DNA from: Vulcanimicrobiales bacterium
GTDB taxonomy: Bacteria; Vulcanimicrobiota; Vulcanimicrobiia; Vulcanimicrobiales; Vulcanimicrobiaceae
DNA length: 64,000 nucleotides
Reading direction: 5' to 3'
Assembly: GCA_038231455.1 (NCBI GenBank)
Contig: JBBRLI010000004.1
Coordinates: forward strand, 128,001 to 192,000
Shown here: positions 36,814 through 46,476 of the stretch, piece by piece
Position numbering within the stretch: the stretch's first letter is position 1
How the letters are laid out: the number at the start of each line of letters is the position of its first letter
Position numbers and translations under genes: made by a program
Notes under the pieces: model-generated
Seen by the model: only the letters and a program-made list of their open reading frames with translations
The model's database searches: none
What the model was told of the DNA's origin: nothing

Positions 36814-38490
36814 ATGAGCACAGCAACGGCAATCGATCTCCTCGGAGCACTGCGCGAGAAATTCGGGTTCGAGCGCTTTCAACCGGGTCAAGAAGAAGTG
36901 ATCACGCGCGTTATGAACGGCGAGAATTCGCTCGCCATTTTAGCGACCGGCGCCGGGAAAAGTTTGTGTTATCAGCTCCCCGCGCTGCTGCTGGATGGAA
37001 CGACGATCGTCGTTTCGCCGCTCATCGCGCTGATGAAAGATCAGCTCGATATGCTTGCGGAGCGCGGCGTAAAAGAAGTCGTCGCGCTCAACTCGACGCT
37101 CTCGGAAGATCAAGAGTCGCGCGCAATGTCGCGCATCGCGGGCGGCAGCACGAAGATCGTCTTCGTGACGCCCGAGAAGCTCGAAGACGAAACGTTTATC
37201 GGCATTCTCAAGACGCTGCACGTCCCACTCTTCGTGGTCGACGAGGCGCACTGTATCTCCGCCTGGGGCCACGATTTCCGTCCCGCGTATTTGGGCCTCG
37301 GACACGTGATAGCCGAGCTCAAACACCCAACCGTTCTTGCGCTTACGGCAACGGCGACGCCCGCCGTGCGCGAAGATATCCTCATCCAGCTGGGCATTCC
37401 GAATACGAAGCCGATCGTCAAAGGCTTCGATCGCCCCAATCTGCGCTACGAAGTCAAACGTGCGGAGAACGAAGCCGCGAAGTTGCGCGCGCTCAAAGAT
37501 CTCTTCCAAACCGGCCTCGAAGGCACCGGGATCATCTACACCGCGACGATCAAGAACGCGCTCGAAGTGCAAAAATATTTGCACGACACGTTGAACTTGC
37601 CGGCGGCTGTGTACCATTCGAAGTTACAGAAGTACGATCGCGTTTCGGTCCACGAACTGTTCATGGGCGAGGCGATCCGTGCGGTCGTCGCCACGAACGC
37701 GTTTGGTCTTGGGATCGACAAGCCGAACATTCGCTTTGTCGTGCACTACGATCTCCCGGGATCGGTCGAAGCGTATACGCAGGAAGCCGGTCGCGCCGGA
37801 CGCGACGGCGACCTCTCGCGCTGCATATTGATCTACCGCATGAGCGACACGCGCGTGCAGAACTACTTCCTCACCGGCAAGTATCCCAACGTCGAGGAAG
37901 TGCAAAAAGTCTTCGGCACGCTCGAATACTTCGGGACGCAAGAAGGCGGCGTGTCGCTCACCGACATGCGCAAGATCTCGCAGCTGCCGCTCACCAAGCT
38001 CAAAGTCATCCTGGCCCTGCTCAAGAAGAGCGGCTTCATCGAGACGAGTTCGCGCGCGAAGTATACGCTTACCGATGCCGCCCGCAAAAACCGTGAGCTG
38101 GTTCTCAATCTTGCGAACTACGAGACGAAAAAGTCGTACGACCAATCGAAGCTCGCTATGATGCTGCAGTACTGCGAGACGGGATCGTGCCGCCGCAAAT
38201 TCATTCTCAACTATTTTGGCGAGGATTTCGAGCGCGAGAACTGCGGGCAGTGCGATAACTGCCTTGCCAAGCTTGCGCGTTCTGCCAAAGCCCAATCGAG
38301 CAACACGCCGATCGCCTCGACGCCGACCGTCAAAGGCGAATATCGTATCGCCGACGTTGTCTTTCATCCGAAATTCGGGCAAGGCACGGTCGAGCGTACC
38401 GAGAAAGACCTGGTAACGGTCTTATTCCCGAGCGTTGGGTATAAGACGCTGCTCGCGTCTGCCGTCAGTCGCGAAGCAAAAATCGCTTAA
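36814..38490 (+). CDS. recQ: RecQ family DNA helicase
   Basis: TGAGKSLCYQ, VDEAHCIS.WGHDFRP, TATA, QEAGRAGRDG, CRR..YFGE..CGQCDNC. Confidence 0.93.
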   Translation: MSTATAIDLLGALREKFGFERFQPGQEEVITRVMNGENSLAILATGAGKSLCYQLPALLLDGTTIVVSPLIALMKDQLDMLAERGVKEVVALNSTLSEDQESRAMSRIAGGSTKIVFVTPEKLEDETFIGILKTLHVPLFVVDEAHCISAWGHDFRPAYLGLGHVIAELKHPTVLALTATATPAVREDILIQLGIPNTKPIVKGFDRPNLRYEVKRAENEAAKLRALKDLFQTGLEGTGIIYTATIKNALEVQKYLHDTLNLPAAVYHSKLQKYDRVSVHELFMGEAIRAVVATNAFGLGIDKPNIRFVVHYDLPGSVEAYTQEAGRAGRDGDLSRCILIYRMSDTRVQNYFLTGKYPNVEEVQKVFGTLEYFGTQEGGVSLTDMRKISQLPLTKLKVILALLKKSGFIETSSRAKYTLTDAARKNRELVLNLANYETKKSYDQSKLAMMLQYCETGSCRRKFILNYFGEDFERENCGQCDNCLAKLARSAKAQSSNTPIASTPTVKGEYRIADVVFHPKFGQGTVERTEKDLVTVLFPSVGYKTLLASAVSREAKIA

Positions 38491-38545
38491 GACGCTCGCC
38501 GGCGTTTAGACACCGGCGCCGGGTCGGTTTGGTCGGGTAGAGGAT

Positions 38546-40351
38546 ATGCGACGCGCAACTTTCGCGCCGTTCGGTTTTATCGTGATTGCGATGCTCGCGC
38601 TTTGGGCGACGGGGGTCACCAGCCGCGCGCAATCGGTTAATCCGCCCGTTTCCCCGCCTCCCACCGGCTCAAGCGTGAATCCGCCGGGCGTTCCCACCCC
38701 TGGATCGCTTGCGACGCCTCCGAACAACGCGCCAATTGCAACGCCGCAGTCGCAGCCAACGGGGCCGTCCGGGGCGCCTACGCCCGGGACGACACCGGCG
38801 GCAACGCCGATGCCCGGTGAGTCGCCGAACGGGGCGAGCCCCGGGCCGTACACACCGCAGCCGATCGTCACGGTACCACCGACACCCGTGCCGATAATCG
38901 TCGAACCGCCGTACCCGGGCGTCGTCGTCGGATCGACGCTCGTCGCGCGCGTCTCCGGGGTCTATGGGACGCTCATCGCCGTCTCGGCGAATCCCGCGAT
39001 CGCCGAGGTTACCGTCGATCAAGTCGCGCGCACGCTCAGCATCTCGGGCAAGTCCTTAGGGATGACAACGCTCACCCTACACGACGATCGAGGGACCGTC
39101 ACGCGCGACGTTCCGGTGATGGTCGCGTACAATGCCGGCGCGATTCCCGAGAGCGTTCCGCTGCGAATCACCGGCAATCCGGCGACCGGCGACTACGTGC
39201 GCGAAGCGGCCGCAGAAGCCGCGCGTGTCGCAACACTCGCCTATGCGCGCCCCGGAGCCGCCGTGCGCGTCTTCACCGATGCGATGTCGACGGTGCCGCA
39301 AATTGGGATCGACAACCGCGCGACGATCGACGTCCCGGTACAAATCGACGGGGAAGGCTACTTCACGGTCTCCGGAACGACGCACGTCGTCGTCGACAAT
39401 ATCGCACTCCCGCGCATCCAACCATCGCTCTTGCTCGTGAGCGATTTTCCCGAAACGCTGCGCTCGAACGGGATTCTCTTTACCGCGCAATTGGCACGTC
39501 GCGAAGCCAAGCGCTTTCTGTACTATCACTACAACCCCAAGACCGAGCCCGCGCGACGCATCTTACTCAAGCTGCACAACTCCTCAGCGCAGCCGGCGCG
39601 CGTGCAGTTCATCGAAGGTCAAGGCGGTCCCAACACCAACGAAATCCTCGTTGGGCATCAATCGACGCAGCGCTTTCTCGTTCGCGAATTGCAGAACGAA
39701 GGCGTCGTCGTAACGATTCCACCGAACGCGACGATCAATCTTGTGAATCATGCATTGCCGCCGGGCGCCGTCGTCAGCGGTCTTCTGCAGTTACGCGAAG
39801 TCGACGGCGATCCGCTCGACCTCACACTCCTCGCGCAGGACGCCGAGACGGCGACCGATGCGCCGTTCGATGCGACGCATTTGCTCGAGGGGACCGTGGC
39901 CCACGCACGCGGCGAATACAAAGTGCCGGAGTTTTATTTCGAGAACACCTACGACACGTCGGGGGCAAATCTCGAAATTCCGATCGGACAGTTGCCGTTG
40001 CCGAACCTCCGTCAAGGAGAAGCGCTCGCGGGCGACTACGGCGTCAAGGCGCAAGTGACGGTGACCATCGTAAATTCCGGGCGCACCGCAATGCCCACAG
40101 CGATCTACGCAAATCCACGCGGCGGGAAGGCAACCGGAACGTTCCTGATCGATCGCACGCTCGTACAATCGCATGCGCTGGCGCCGTTCTCGACATTCAA
40201 GATCTGGCAGGAGACCATTCCCGCTGGGACGTTCCGCAAAGTCGTGATCGTCACGATGCCCGAAGGCGGCTCGTCCTATCCACTGCGTCTTATTTTCGCG
40301 CCGGACGACGGCAGCATTCCGCCGGGTGCACCGGGCTCACCGATTTACTAG
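38546..40351 (+). CDS. Secreted protein with Pro-rich N-terminus and Ig-like (pilus assembly N-terminal-type) domain
   Basis: Signal peptide, Pro/Thr-rich linker, S.NP.IA.V...G.T.L.L Ig-like pattern. Confidence 0.55.
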   Translation: MRRATFAPFGFIVIAMLALWATGVTSRAQSVNPPVSPPPTGSSVNPPGVPTPGSLATPPNNAPIATPQSQPTGPSGAPTPGTTPAATPMPGESPNGASPGPYTPQPIVTVPPTPVPIIVEPPYPGVVVGSTLVARVSGVYGTLIAVSANPAIAEVTVDQVARTLSISGKSLGMTTLTLHDDRGTVTRDVPVMVAYNAGAIPESVPLRITGNPATGDYVREAAAEAARVATLAYARPGAAVRVFTDAMSTVPQIGIDNRATIDVPVQIDGEGYFTVSGTTHVVVDNIALPRIQPSLLLVSDFPETLRSNGILFTAQLARREAKRFLYYHYNPKTEPARRILLKLHNSSAQPARVQFIEGQGGPNTNEILVGHQSTQRFLVRELQNEGVVVTIPPNATINLVNHALPPGAVVSGLLQLREVDGDPLDLTLLAQDAETATDAPFDATHLLEGTVAHARGEYKVPEFYFENTYDTSGANLEIPIGQLPLPNLRQGEALAGDYGVKAQVTVTIVNSGRTAMPTAIYANPRGGKATGTFLIDRTLVQSHALAPFSTFKIWQETIPAGTFRKVVIVTMPEGGSSYPLRLIFAPDDGSIPPGAPGSPIY

Positions 40352-41355
40352 ACCACGCGACGATAGATCGCACTGCAAGCAGCAGCGGCGGTCGACCACG
40401 CGAATCGTTCGGCCGCTGCGAGTCGCATCGCCGTGGTGGGCACCGCTTCGAGGGCGGTGCGCGTAGCCTCGATCCACGCAGCACCATCGTCGGGATTGCA
40501 GAGCGCGCCGTCGATACCGGTCACTTCGATCAGCGATGAGCTTGCCGCGGCAACCAATGGAATCCCGGCGCACAGCGCCTGCGCTGCAGCGTACCCGAAC
40601 CCTTCGTACCGCGATGGAACGAGTGCGACGGCGGCCTGGGCGTGCAGGCGCAAGAGTTCGGAACGCTCGACGTAGCCGCGAAATTCAACTCGGTCCGCGA
40701 TTCCAAGTTCCGCGGCCCGCGCACGACACACCTCAAGATACGGCGTCGGCGGTCCGACTGAAACAAGTCGCAGGTCCGGAATTGCGGCGACCGTTTCAAT
40801 CGCGCGAAGCAGATTCTTTCGCGCCTCGACCGTGCCGAGGGCTAAGGCAAACGGTCGTTCGCCGCGCACGCGCTCGAGCGCGACAAACGCCGGATCGACG
40901 CCCGGATACACAACGTGGACGCGCGCCGGATCGCCGCCGACCAGTTCGAGATATTCGGTGCGCGTAAAGTTCGAGTCGACGACGATCGCGGCCGCCGTGC
41001 GATAACGCCGGCGCATGAACGTGCCGAAATACCAGCGCGCGTACGGGCGCGTGTGCCCTTGCACGCGCAGCCAAGCAAGATCGTGCACGGTCGTAACCAC
41101 CGGTACGCCTGCGCGATATGGCATCGTGCCACTCGTTGCGTGAAGCAGAGCGGCGCCGCTGCGCCGCAGCTGAATCGGCAGCTCGATTTGATCCCAACGC
41201 ACGCGACGATCGAAGCGCCACGGATCGAGTCGCGGATTCGCAAGTTCGCTCACGTCGATACCGGTCGCACGCAGGCCCGTCGCAAGGCCGCGCGCATATT
41301 CACCGATCCCCGTGGACGTCCCGACGGCAAGCTGCAAATCGAGTGCGACTTTCAC
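40348..41355 (-). CDS. Glycosyltransferase family 4
   Basis: TGIGEY, TVHDL, RKNL, PSRYEGFG. Confidence 0.88.
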   Translation of the reverse strand: MKVALDLQLAVGTSTGIGEYARGLATGLRATGIDVSELANPRLDPWRFDRRVRWDQIELPIQLRRSGAALLHATSGTMPYRAGVPVVTTVHDLAWLRVQGHTRPYARWYFGTFMRRRYRTAAAIVVDSNFTRTEYLELVGGDPARVHVVYPGVDPAFVALERVRGERPFALALGTVEARKNLLRAIETVAAIPDLRLVSVGPPTPYLEVCRARAAELGIADRVEFRGYVERSELLRLHAQAAVALVPSRYEGFGYAAAQALCAGIPLVAAASSSLIEVTGIDGALCNPDDGAAWIEATRTALEAVPTTAMRLAAAERFAWSTAAAACSAIYRRVV

Positions 41356-42092
41356 GAAGGCGCGACCGGCCGCAGGTCGAGGCGCGGGTCACCCGGGTCG
41401 AGACGACGCGCTTGCGCGTACGCGTCATCAGCCAGAGCGCGATCGCCCAGAACGAAATAGGTATCGCCGATCCCGAGAAGCAGCGTCACGTCGATCGGCT
41501 GCAGCGCGCGGGCACGTGCATACGCATTGAGTGCCGACAGCAACTCTCGCCGACGCTGCGTGCGGTCGGCAAGCGCGCAAGCGTAGTGCAGCTTTCCGAG
41601 TTTGATGAGCGCATCCACCCGATTTGCGGGTCGCGCGGGATCGCGTTCGAGTCGCGCGACCAACTGCTCTTCGAGCGCGACCGCTCCCGCAAGATCGCCC
41701 GCCGCGACAAGGCGGTCGACAAACGGGAAAACCTCGTTCGCATCGCCGGCGGCAAGAAAGAACGGCAGCGCAGCGCGCGGATCGTGCCGCAAGAGCGCGA
41801 CCCGCCCCGCGAGATCGTCGCGCGCGTCGCTCGGTGCGAGCCGCACGATCTGCGTACGTGCTGCCGCAACATCGCCGCGAACCACGGCCGCCTGCGCGAG
41901 CGCGAAGGTCGACCACGACGTCGGGAGCATGGCATCGATGCGCTCCAAAAGCGCGGGACCGATCGTGCGGCTAAGCCATCCCGGTAGCGATGCGGGTTCT
42001 GCGAGCGAACCGAACGCACCGTCGCAAGCAATTTGAATGAGGCAAGAGAGCGTGACCGCGACGATCGCCATCGCGGCGAAGAAACGGCGCAT
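41352..42092 (-). CDS. TPR-repeat protein
   Basis: N-terminal hydrophobic segment; TPR-like A..AY.RAR.LDP repeats. Confidence 0.65.
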   Translation of the reverse strand: MRRFFAAMAIVAVTLSCLIQIACDGAFGSLAEPASLPGWLSRTIGPALLERIDAMLPTSWSTFALAQAAVVRGDVAAARTQIVRLAPSDARDDLAGRVALLRHDPRAALPFFLAAGDANEVFPFVDRLVAAGDLAGAVALEEQLVARLERDPARPANRVDALIKLGKLHYACALADRTQRRRELLSALNAYARARALQPIDVTLLLGIGDTYFVLGDRALADDAYAQARRLDPGDPRLDLRPVAPS

Positions 42093-42109
42093 CACGGTGC
42101 CTTAGAAAT

Positions 42110-42146
42110 GCAAACGCCCGCTCCCTCGCGGGAACGGGCGTTTTGC
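42110..42146. terminator. Hairpin terminator downstream of the SLH porin gene
   Basis: GCAAACGCCCG..CGGGCGTTTTGC stem with flanking A/T runs. Confidence 0.65.
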
Positions 42147-42161
42147 TTTCGATCGCTTTGT

Positions 42162-44885
42162 TTAGAAGCGGACGGCGAAGTTCACGTCTTCACGATTTTG
42201 CGTGAAGTTGAACGTCGGCAGGACGTTGTCCGTGTATTTCTGCTGACGGAAGAACGTCGTGATCGAGCTGTTGGTCTTCGGAATATTGTACGTCGCGCCG
42301 ATCTGATACTGATCTTTGCGTTCGTCCATATTCTGTCCGATGGTGGTGCCGTACGCACCGCGATAGCGCTGCGTATTGTAGTCGAAGTTCAGCGAGACGT
42401 CTTTGGTCACCGGCAGTGCTGCCGACGCCGCGTACGTTACGTGATACATATCGACGTAGTTGGGATAGAACGGGACCTTGCTGCCGCCGGTCGCTCCGAA
42501 TTGCGAGCGCGGGTCGGGCGGGAGATTCGCTGCGGCCGCAGCGATCGCGGCGGGGTCGAACGACTGCGTGCCGGGATTGATCGGGTAGTACTGGTAGGCC
42601 GTCGTGTCTTTGCGCGAGAGATGCTCGACGCCGGCCGTCAGGTTGACCGCGACCTTCTGTGAGAAGACCGGGAGGCTAAAGGACGCGCCGCCTTCGATTT
42701 TGTCGAAGTTTTCTTTAGTCGAGCTGTAGTAGCTCGGGCCATAGACGAGCGGACCGAAGCCGTTTGCGCGCAGCTCGTTGAGATGCTGTGCGTTGAGACG
42801 ACCCTGAACCGTGAGATCGCCGATCTTGATCGGCGTGTTGACGGTCAGCGTTTCACCCTGCGTGTTGGGGGCGAAGTTCGAGAAATACTGCGGTCCGGAT
42901 GCGACGAACGGGTTGAACAGCGGATAGATGAACGTGAGGTTCGGGTTACCCGCCGTTTTGACGCCGTTGCCCGCCGTGAACTGCGAATCGAACTGCTGGT
43001 TGATACCCAGGTTGTTGCCGAATCCGAAGAACTGCGGGTAGTACGAGAGACGGTAGAACGTGAAGAGCTGCGGCGCGTTACCGAAGTAACGAATCGGCGC
43101 ACCCGAGAAGAAGTTCGGTCCGACCGACTGGTACTGCAGCGATGCAGTGACTTGGTAGACCTTGAAGCGCAGGCCGAGGACGCCCGCGGTGTCGGTCGTG
43201 GCAGCGACGTTGCGGTAATCCGCGCTGTACTTGCTGCCGGCGATTTCGCCGAAGAGGATCGGATGCGCGCTCTTGTCCGAGAACGTGAACGGCAACGGCG
43301 CTTGGAAATCAAGGCCGAAGACCGTGTCGCTGACGGCGGTGAAGCCGCAGTTACACGCCTGGAACGTGTTGGTCTGGTCGCCTGAGGTGTAGAGCTGGTC
43401 GTCATCCCAGAGACGGTTGAACGACAAGCCGACTTCGGCGCCCGCCAGACCCTTGATCTTGTGGTTGATACGCGCGTTCACGTCGTAGCGCTGGTAGTTC
43501 GTATTGTTGTTGTACGTGAGGCCGACATACGTGATCGTGACTTGCGAGCCCGCCGGAAGCGGAGCGGCGAAGACGACGGCGTTGAGGTTCTCATTGAACG
43601 TGAAGCCCGGAAGTGCGACGGCGCCGCCGCCGACTTGCTGGCCTTGCGCGTTATACAGCGCACCGTTGTAAGCCGAAATATAGACCGTACCGGTGACGGC
43701 TTTGCGATCCAGGAAAACCTGGGTCAGCGCGCCCGTACCTGAAGTGAAGGTGTTCGAACGAAGCGCACCGGCCGATGACTGCGCCTGACCCGGCTGCAGG
43801 TAGCCCGTTTGCGGGCGAACCGTGAAGAACAGGTAGTTATTCGCGCCGTAAATGCCATTGGGATCCGAAACGCCGGTGTTCGTATTGAGCAACACTTGAT
43901 CCAGCCGCATGAAGCTGACCTGGAACTGGGTGAGGCCGTTGATCGTACCGGTGAAGTTGAAGCCCTTGCCGTACGGGTTGACCGGGTTTTCGTAGCCGGG
44001 GCCGGTCGAGAGGCCGCCATCGCTTGCGCGGTAGGCGAGGCCTGTACGCGAGCTCAGGATATTGTCGAGCTGCCCGTCGCGGATCTGGAGGTTGCTGAGA
44101 TTACCGGCTTTCGCCACGTTGACGACGACGTCGGGATAGAAATTCGTGCCGGTCTGCGTGCTAAATTCACCGCCGTAGCCGTAGCCCAGGATGTGAATCG
44201 GAAGCGAAATCGTCAGGTTCTCGTTGATTGCGTACGAGAACGTAAACTTGTCGTCCAGGCGGATGAGCGTTCCCGGGCCAGCCTGCTCCAGCGGACTGTT
44301 GCTGGAGGGTGAGGTGAGGAACGCGTTGACGAACGGATCGACGCCGCCGGTGCGACCGTTAGCTGCGGCACCGCCGTAATACAAGGTCTGCGTTGCGCCG
44401 GTCGTGTTCACGATCGACTTTGCCGGAGTAACGCGCTGACGCGATGTGTTGTTCGGCAGAATCGTGCCGTGGAACTGAACGGACTGCGCGAACTTCGTGC
44501 GCTTGTCCAGCGCGTCGAGGGCGTCCTCAACGTTGGTCACGCGAACGCCCAGCGAATCGAGCTCATCTTTGAAAGCATCGATCAGCTTCTGCAGCTTGTC
44601 GAGGTCCGCTTTCGAAGGGGTCTGCGAGACGTTGAGATTCACGCGTTGGATGATGCGGCTGATGATGACCGCGATCTCGTAACGCGTAAGCGGGCGATCG
44701 CCTTTGAAAGTGCCGTCGGGATAGCCTTCGATGAATCCGTCCGCCGCGAGCGACTGAATGGCCTGATAGGCCCAGTGCGTCGAGGGGACGTCTACGAACG
44801 GCGTAGCGGCGGCGCCCTGGCCCATGGCGATGACCGAGCCTAGGCTCAGGCCGGCCATGAGGACCAGGGTTGCGAGACGCTTCAT
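42162..44885 (-). CDS. SLH domain + coiled coil + beta-barrel outer membrane protein (OmpM-like)
   Basis: FVDVPSTHWAYQA..GYPDGTFKG..TRYE SLH motif, coiled coil, aromatic/Gly-rich beta region, C-terminal Phe; GGAGG SD. Confidence 0.85.
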   Translation of the reverse strand: MKRLATLVLMAGLSLGSVIAMGQGAAATPFVDVPSTHWAYQAIQSLAADGFIEGYPDGTFKGDRPLTRYEIAVIISRIIQRVNLNVSQTPSKADLDKLQKLIDAFKDELDSLGVRVTNVEDALDALDKRTKFAQSVQFHGTILPNNTSRQRVTPAKSIVNTTGATQTLYYGGAAANGRTGGVDPFVNAFLTSPSSNSPLEQAGPGTLIRLDDKFTFSYAINENLTISLPIHILGYGYGGEFSTQTGTNFYPDVVVNVAKAGNLSNLQIRDGQLDNILSSRTGLAYRASDGGLSTGPGYENPVNPYGKGFNFTGTINGLTQFQVSFMRLDQVLLNTNTGVSDPNGIYGANNYLFFTVRPQTGYLQPGQAQSSAGALRSNTFTSGTGALTQVFLDRKAVTGTVYISAYNGALYNAQGQQVGGGAVALPGFTFNENLNAVVFAAPLPAGSQVTITYVGLTYNNNTNYQRYDVNARINHKIKGLAGAEVGLSFNRLWDDDQLYTSGDQTNTFQACNCGFTAVSDTVFGLDFQAPLPFTFSDKSAHPILFGEIAGSKYSADYRNVAATTDTAGVLGLRFKVYQVTASLQYQSVGPNFFSGAPIRYFGNAPQLFTFYRLSYYPQFFGFGNNLGINQQFDSQFTAGNGVKTAGNPNLTFIYPLFNPFVASGPQYFSNFAPNTQGETLTVNTPIKIGDLTVQGRLNAQHLNELRANGFGPLVYGPSYYSSTKENFDKIEGGASFSLPVFSQKVAVNLTAGVEHLSRKDTTAYQYYPINPGTQSFDPAAIAAAAANLPPDPRSQFGATGGSKVPFYPNYVDMYHVTYAASAALPVTKDVSLNFDYNTQRYRGAYGTTIGQNMDERKDQYQIGATYNIPKTNSSITTFFRQQKYTDNVLPTFNFTQNREDVNFAVRF

Positions 44886-45109
44886 ATGTCCTCCAGAAAA
44901 GTAGGGCTGCCTCGACCGAACACGTGGTTGCCGCCACCGGATTGCTTGCGGAGTTTCTTAATTTACCTTCGCAAAACACGAGCCGATTCGCTGTGGCTCG
45001 CAAGAGCCGCAGACACGGAAACGACGCCCTCGTTGGAGCGCATGCCGAGGCCACAAATACGCCTGCGAATGGGGGACTCCTCCCCAAGGTAAGCGGCTTT
45101 GACGATCCC

Positions 45110-45541
45110 TTACCGCGACTTGGAAAAGTCGCCCAGCGGGCCATCGTCTTTCTTTATATAGCGCTCGGCGATGAGGAGTGCGGCGTAGTCGTCGATCGGG
45201 CGGTCCGGGAGGAGCATTCCGCGGGGGATCAGGCGCCGCCAGCCGCGCGGGGGGTGGTCAACGAAGAACCGGGCGCGGGCCCGCAAGGTCGTCTCGCGCT
45301 CGTCGACCAGCGTATACGGTAAGGCGACCCGATCGAGCGCTGCCCCGACGAAGGCAGCGTTTGTGCCGCGGCCCAGCGCCACGGTTTCAATCGCATAACC
45401 ACCGGCGAGGCGAGCAAGCTCGCGGTCGAGATCGTCGATGAGAATGATGCCGATCGCGATCGGCGGCTCGCCGCAGGCGCGAACGACCGCATAGCCGCAC
45501 TTGCGCGTCCCGGGATCGATTCCCAGCGTCAACCCCGCCAC
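45110..45541 (-). CDS. YqgF/RNase H-like resolvase-family protein
   Basis: LGIDPGTRKCG, VDE..TT..AR, PIDDYAA. Confidence 0.8.
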   Translation of the reverse strand: MAGLTLGIDPGTRKCGYAVVRACGEPPIAIGIILIDDLDRELARLAGGYAIETVALGRGTNAAFVGAALDRVALPYTLVDERETTLRARARFFVDHPPRGWRRLIPRGMLLPDRPIDDYAALLIAERYIKKDDGPLGDFSKSR

Positions 45542-46476
45542 TAGCGCGCTCCGCTTATTCCGAAGTCGAGCCGGAGCGAGGTCGTGTGCGGATAGACATC
45601 GTCGACGGCTTTGGCGACCACCCGGTACTTGCCGCGCGCGTGGCTGAGCTGCTGGAGGAGGGCCGTGAGCTGGGTCTGGTTGATGAGCGGCAGTTCCAAA
45701 AAGACCGCCGGGACACCGCGCACGGCCATGACTTGCCGGGCCGCGGCAACCAAGTCCGCGTAGTTGAACGGCGTCCCGCCCGCGACATCGGTCGATGCGA
45801 GCACCTCGCCAGCGCGCGCGAGCCGCTTGTCGGCGTAGGCTTCGAACGAGAAACTCAGCTGGTCGCCGCGGAAGATATTGCGGTCGGCCACCGGCAAGAG
45901 CAGAACGGGATCCACGCGGTCATTATCGGCGACGTCCGCGAGTTGCTGAACGAGCAGCTTACGCACTTCGGGGTCGGTCGATTTCTTTTTGTTTGGAATG
46001 AGCGCGTACGGCGGCTTTGCAAAGCGGGCATTCGCCGCGCGAACCGTTTCATCGAAGAAGTCGGAGAACGTCTTGAGCTGCACGTCGACGGGTTGGTCTT
46101 TATTGAAGACGACGAAATTGACATAGATCGGCGAAAACTTCGAGAGGACGATGCCCCGGTTGCGCGTCGTGTCGAGCTCGCGCTCTTGTGCGGCGGCTTG
46201 CGCCTGCAGCGCATGGATGCGCGCGTTGATCTCGCCCAGGCGAAAGAACGCCGTTCGAACGGATTCGGAGGCGATGAGGGCGGCGACCGTGACGGAGAGC
46301 GCGATGAGCATCCCCGTTCCGACGGCGACGATCGTCGATGTGTACTTCGGCCGAAGTCCGAAGAGCGTCAGTCGACGGCGGCCGACTTGATGGCCGACGC
46401 GATCGCCGACGTAGGCAACGACGCCCGCGACGATCACGATAAAGAGCGCGATGAGGATACCGGGCAAAAATGTCAT
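45541..46476 (-). CDS. DUF3084 family protein
   Basis: AYVGDRVG..VGRRRLTLFGLRPKYT; ATGA overlap with the lptF/G stop. Confidence 0.8.
   Translation of the reverse strand: MTFLPGILIALFIVIVAGVVAYVGDRVGHQVGRRRLTLFGLRPKYTSTIVAVGTGMLIALSVTVAALIASESVRTAFFRLGEINARIHALQAQAAAQERELDTTRNRGIVLSKFSPIYVNFVVFNKDQPVDVQLKTFSDFFDETVRAANARFAKPPYALIPNKKKSTDPEVRKLLVQQLADVADNDRVDPVLLLPVADRNIFRGDQLSFSFEAYADKRLARAGEVLASTDVAGGTPFNYADLVAAARQVMAVRGVPAVFLELPLINQTQLTALLQQLSHARGKYRVVAKAVDDVYPHTTSLRLDFGISGAR

Noticed and set aside
36516-38096. 526-aa alternative-frame ORF overlapping recQ
   Set aside because: Arg/Ala-rich shadow ORF with no motifs; the recQ frame explains the region.
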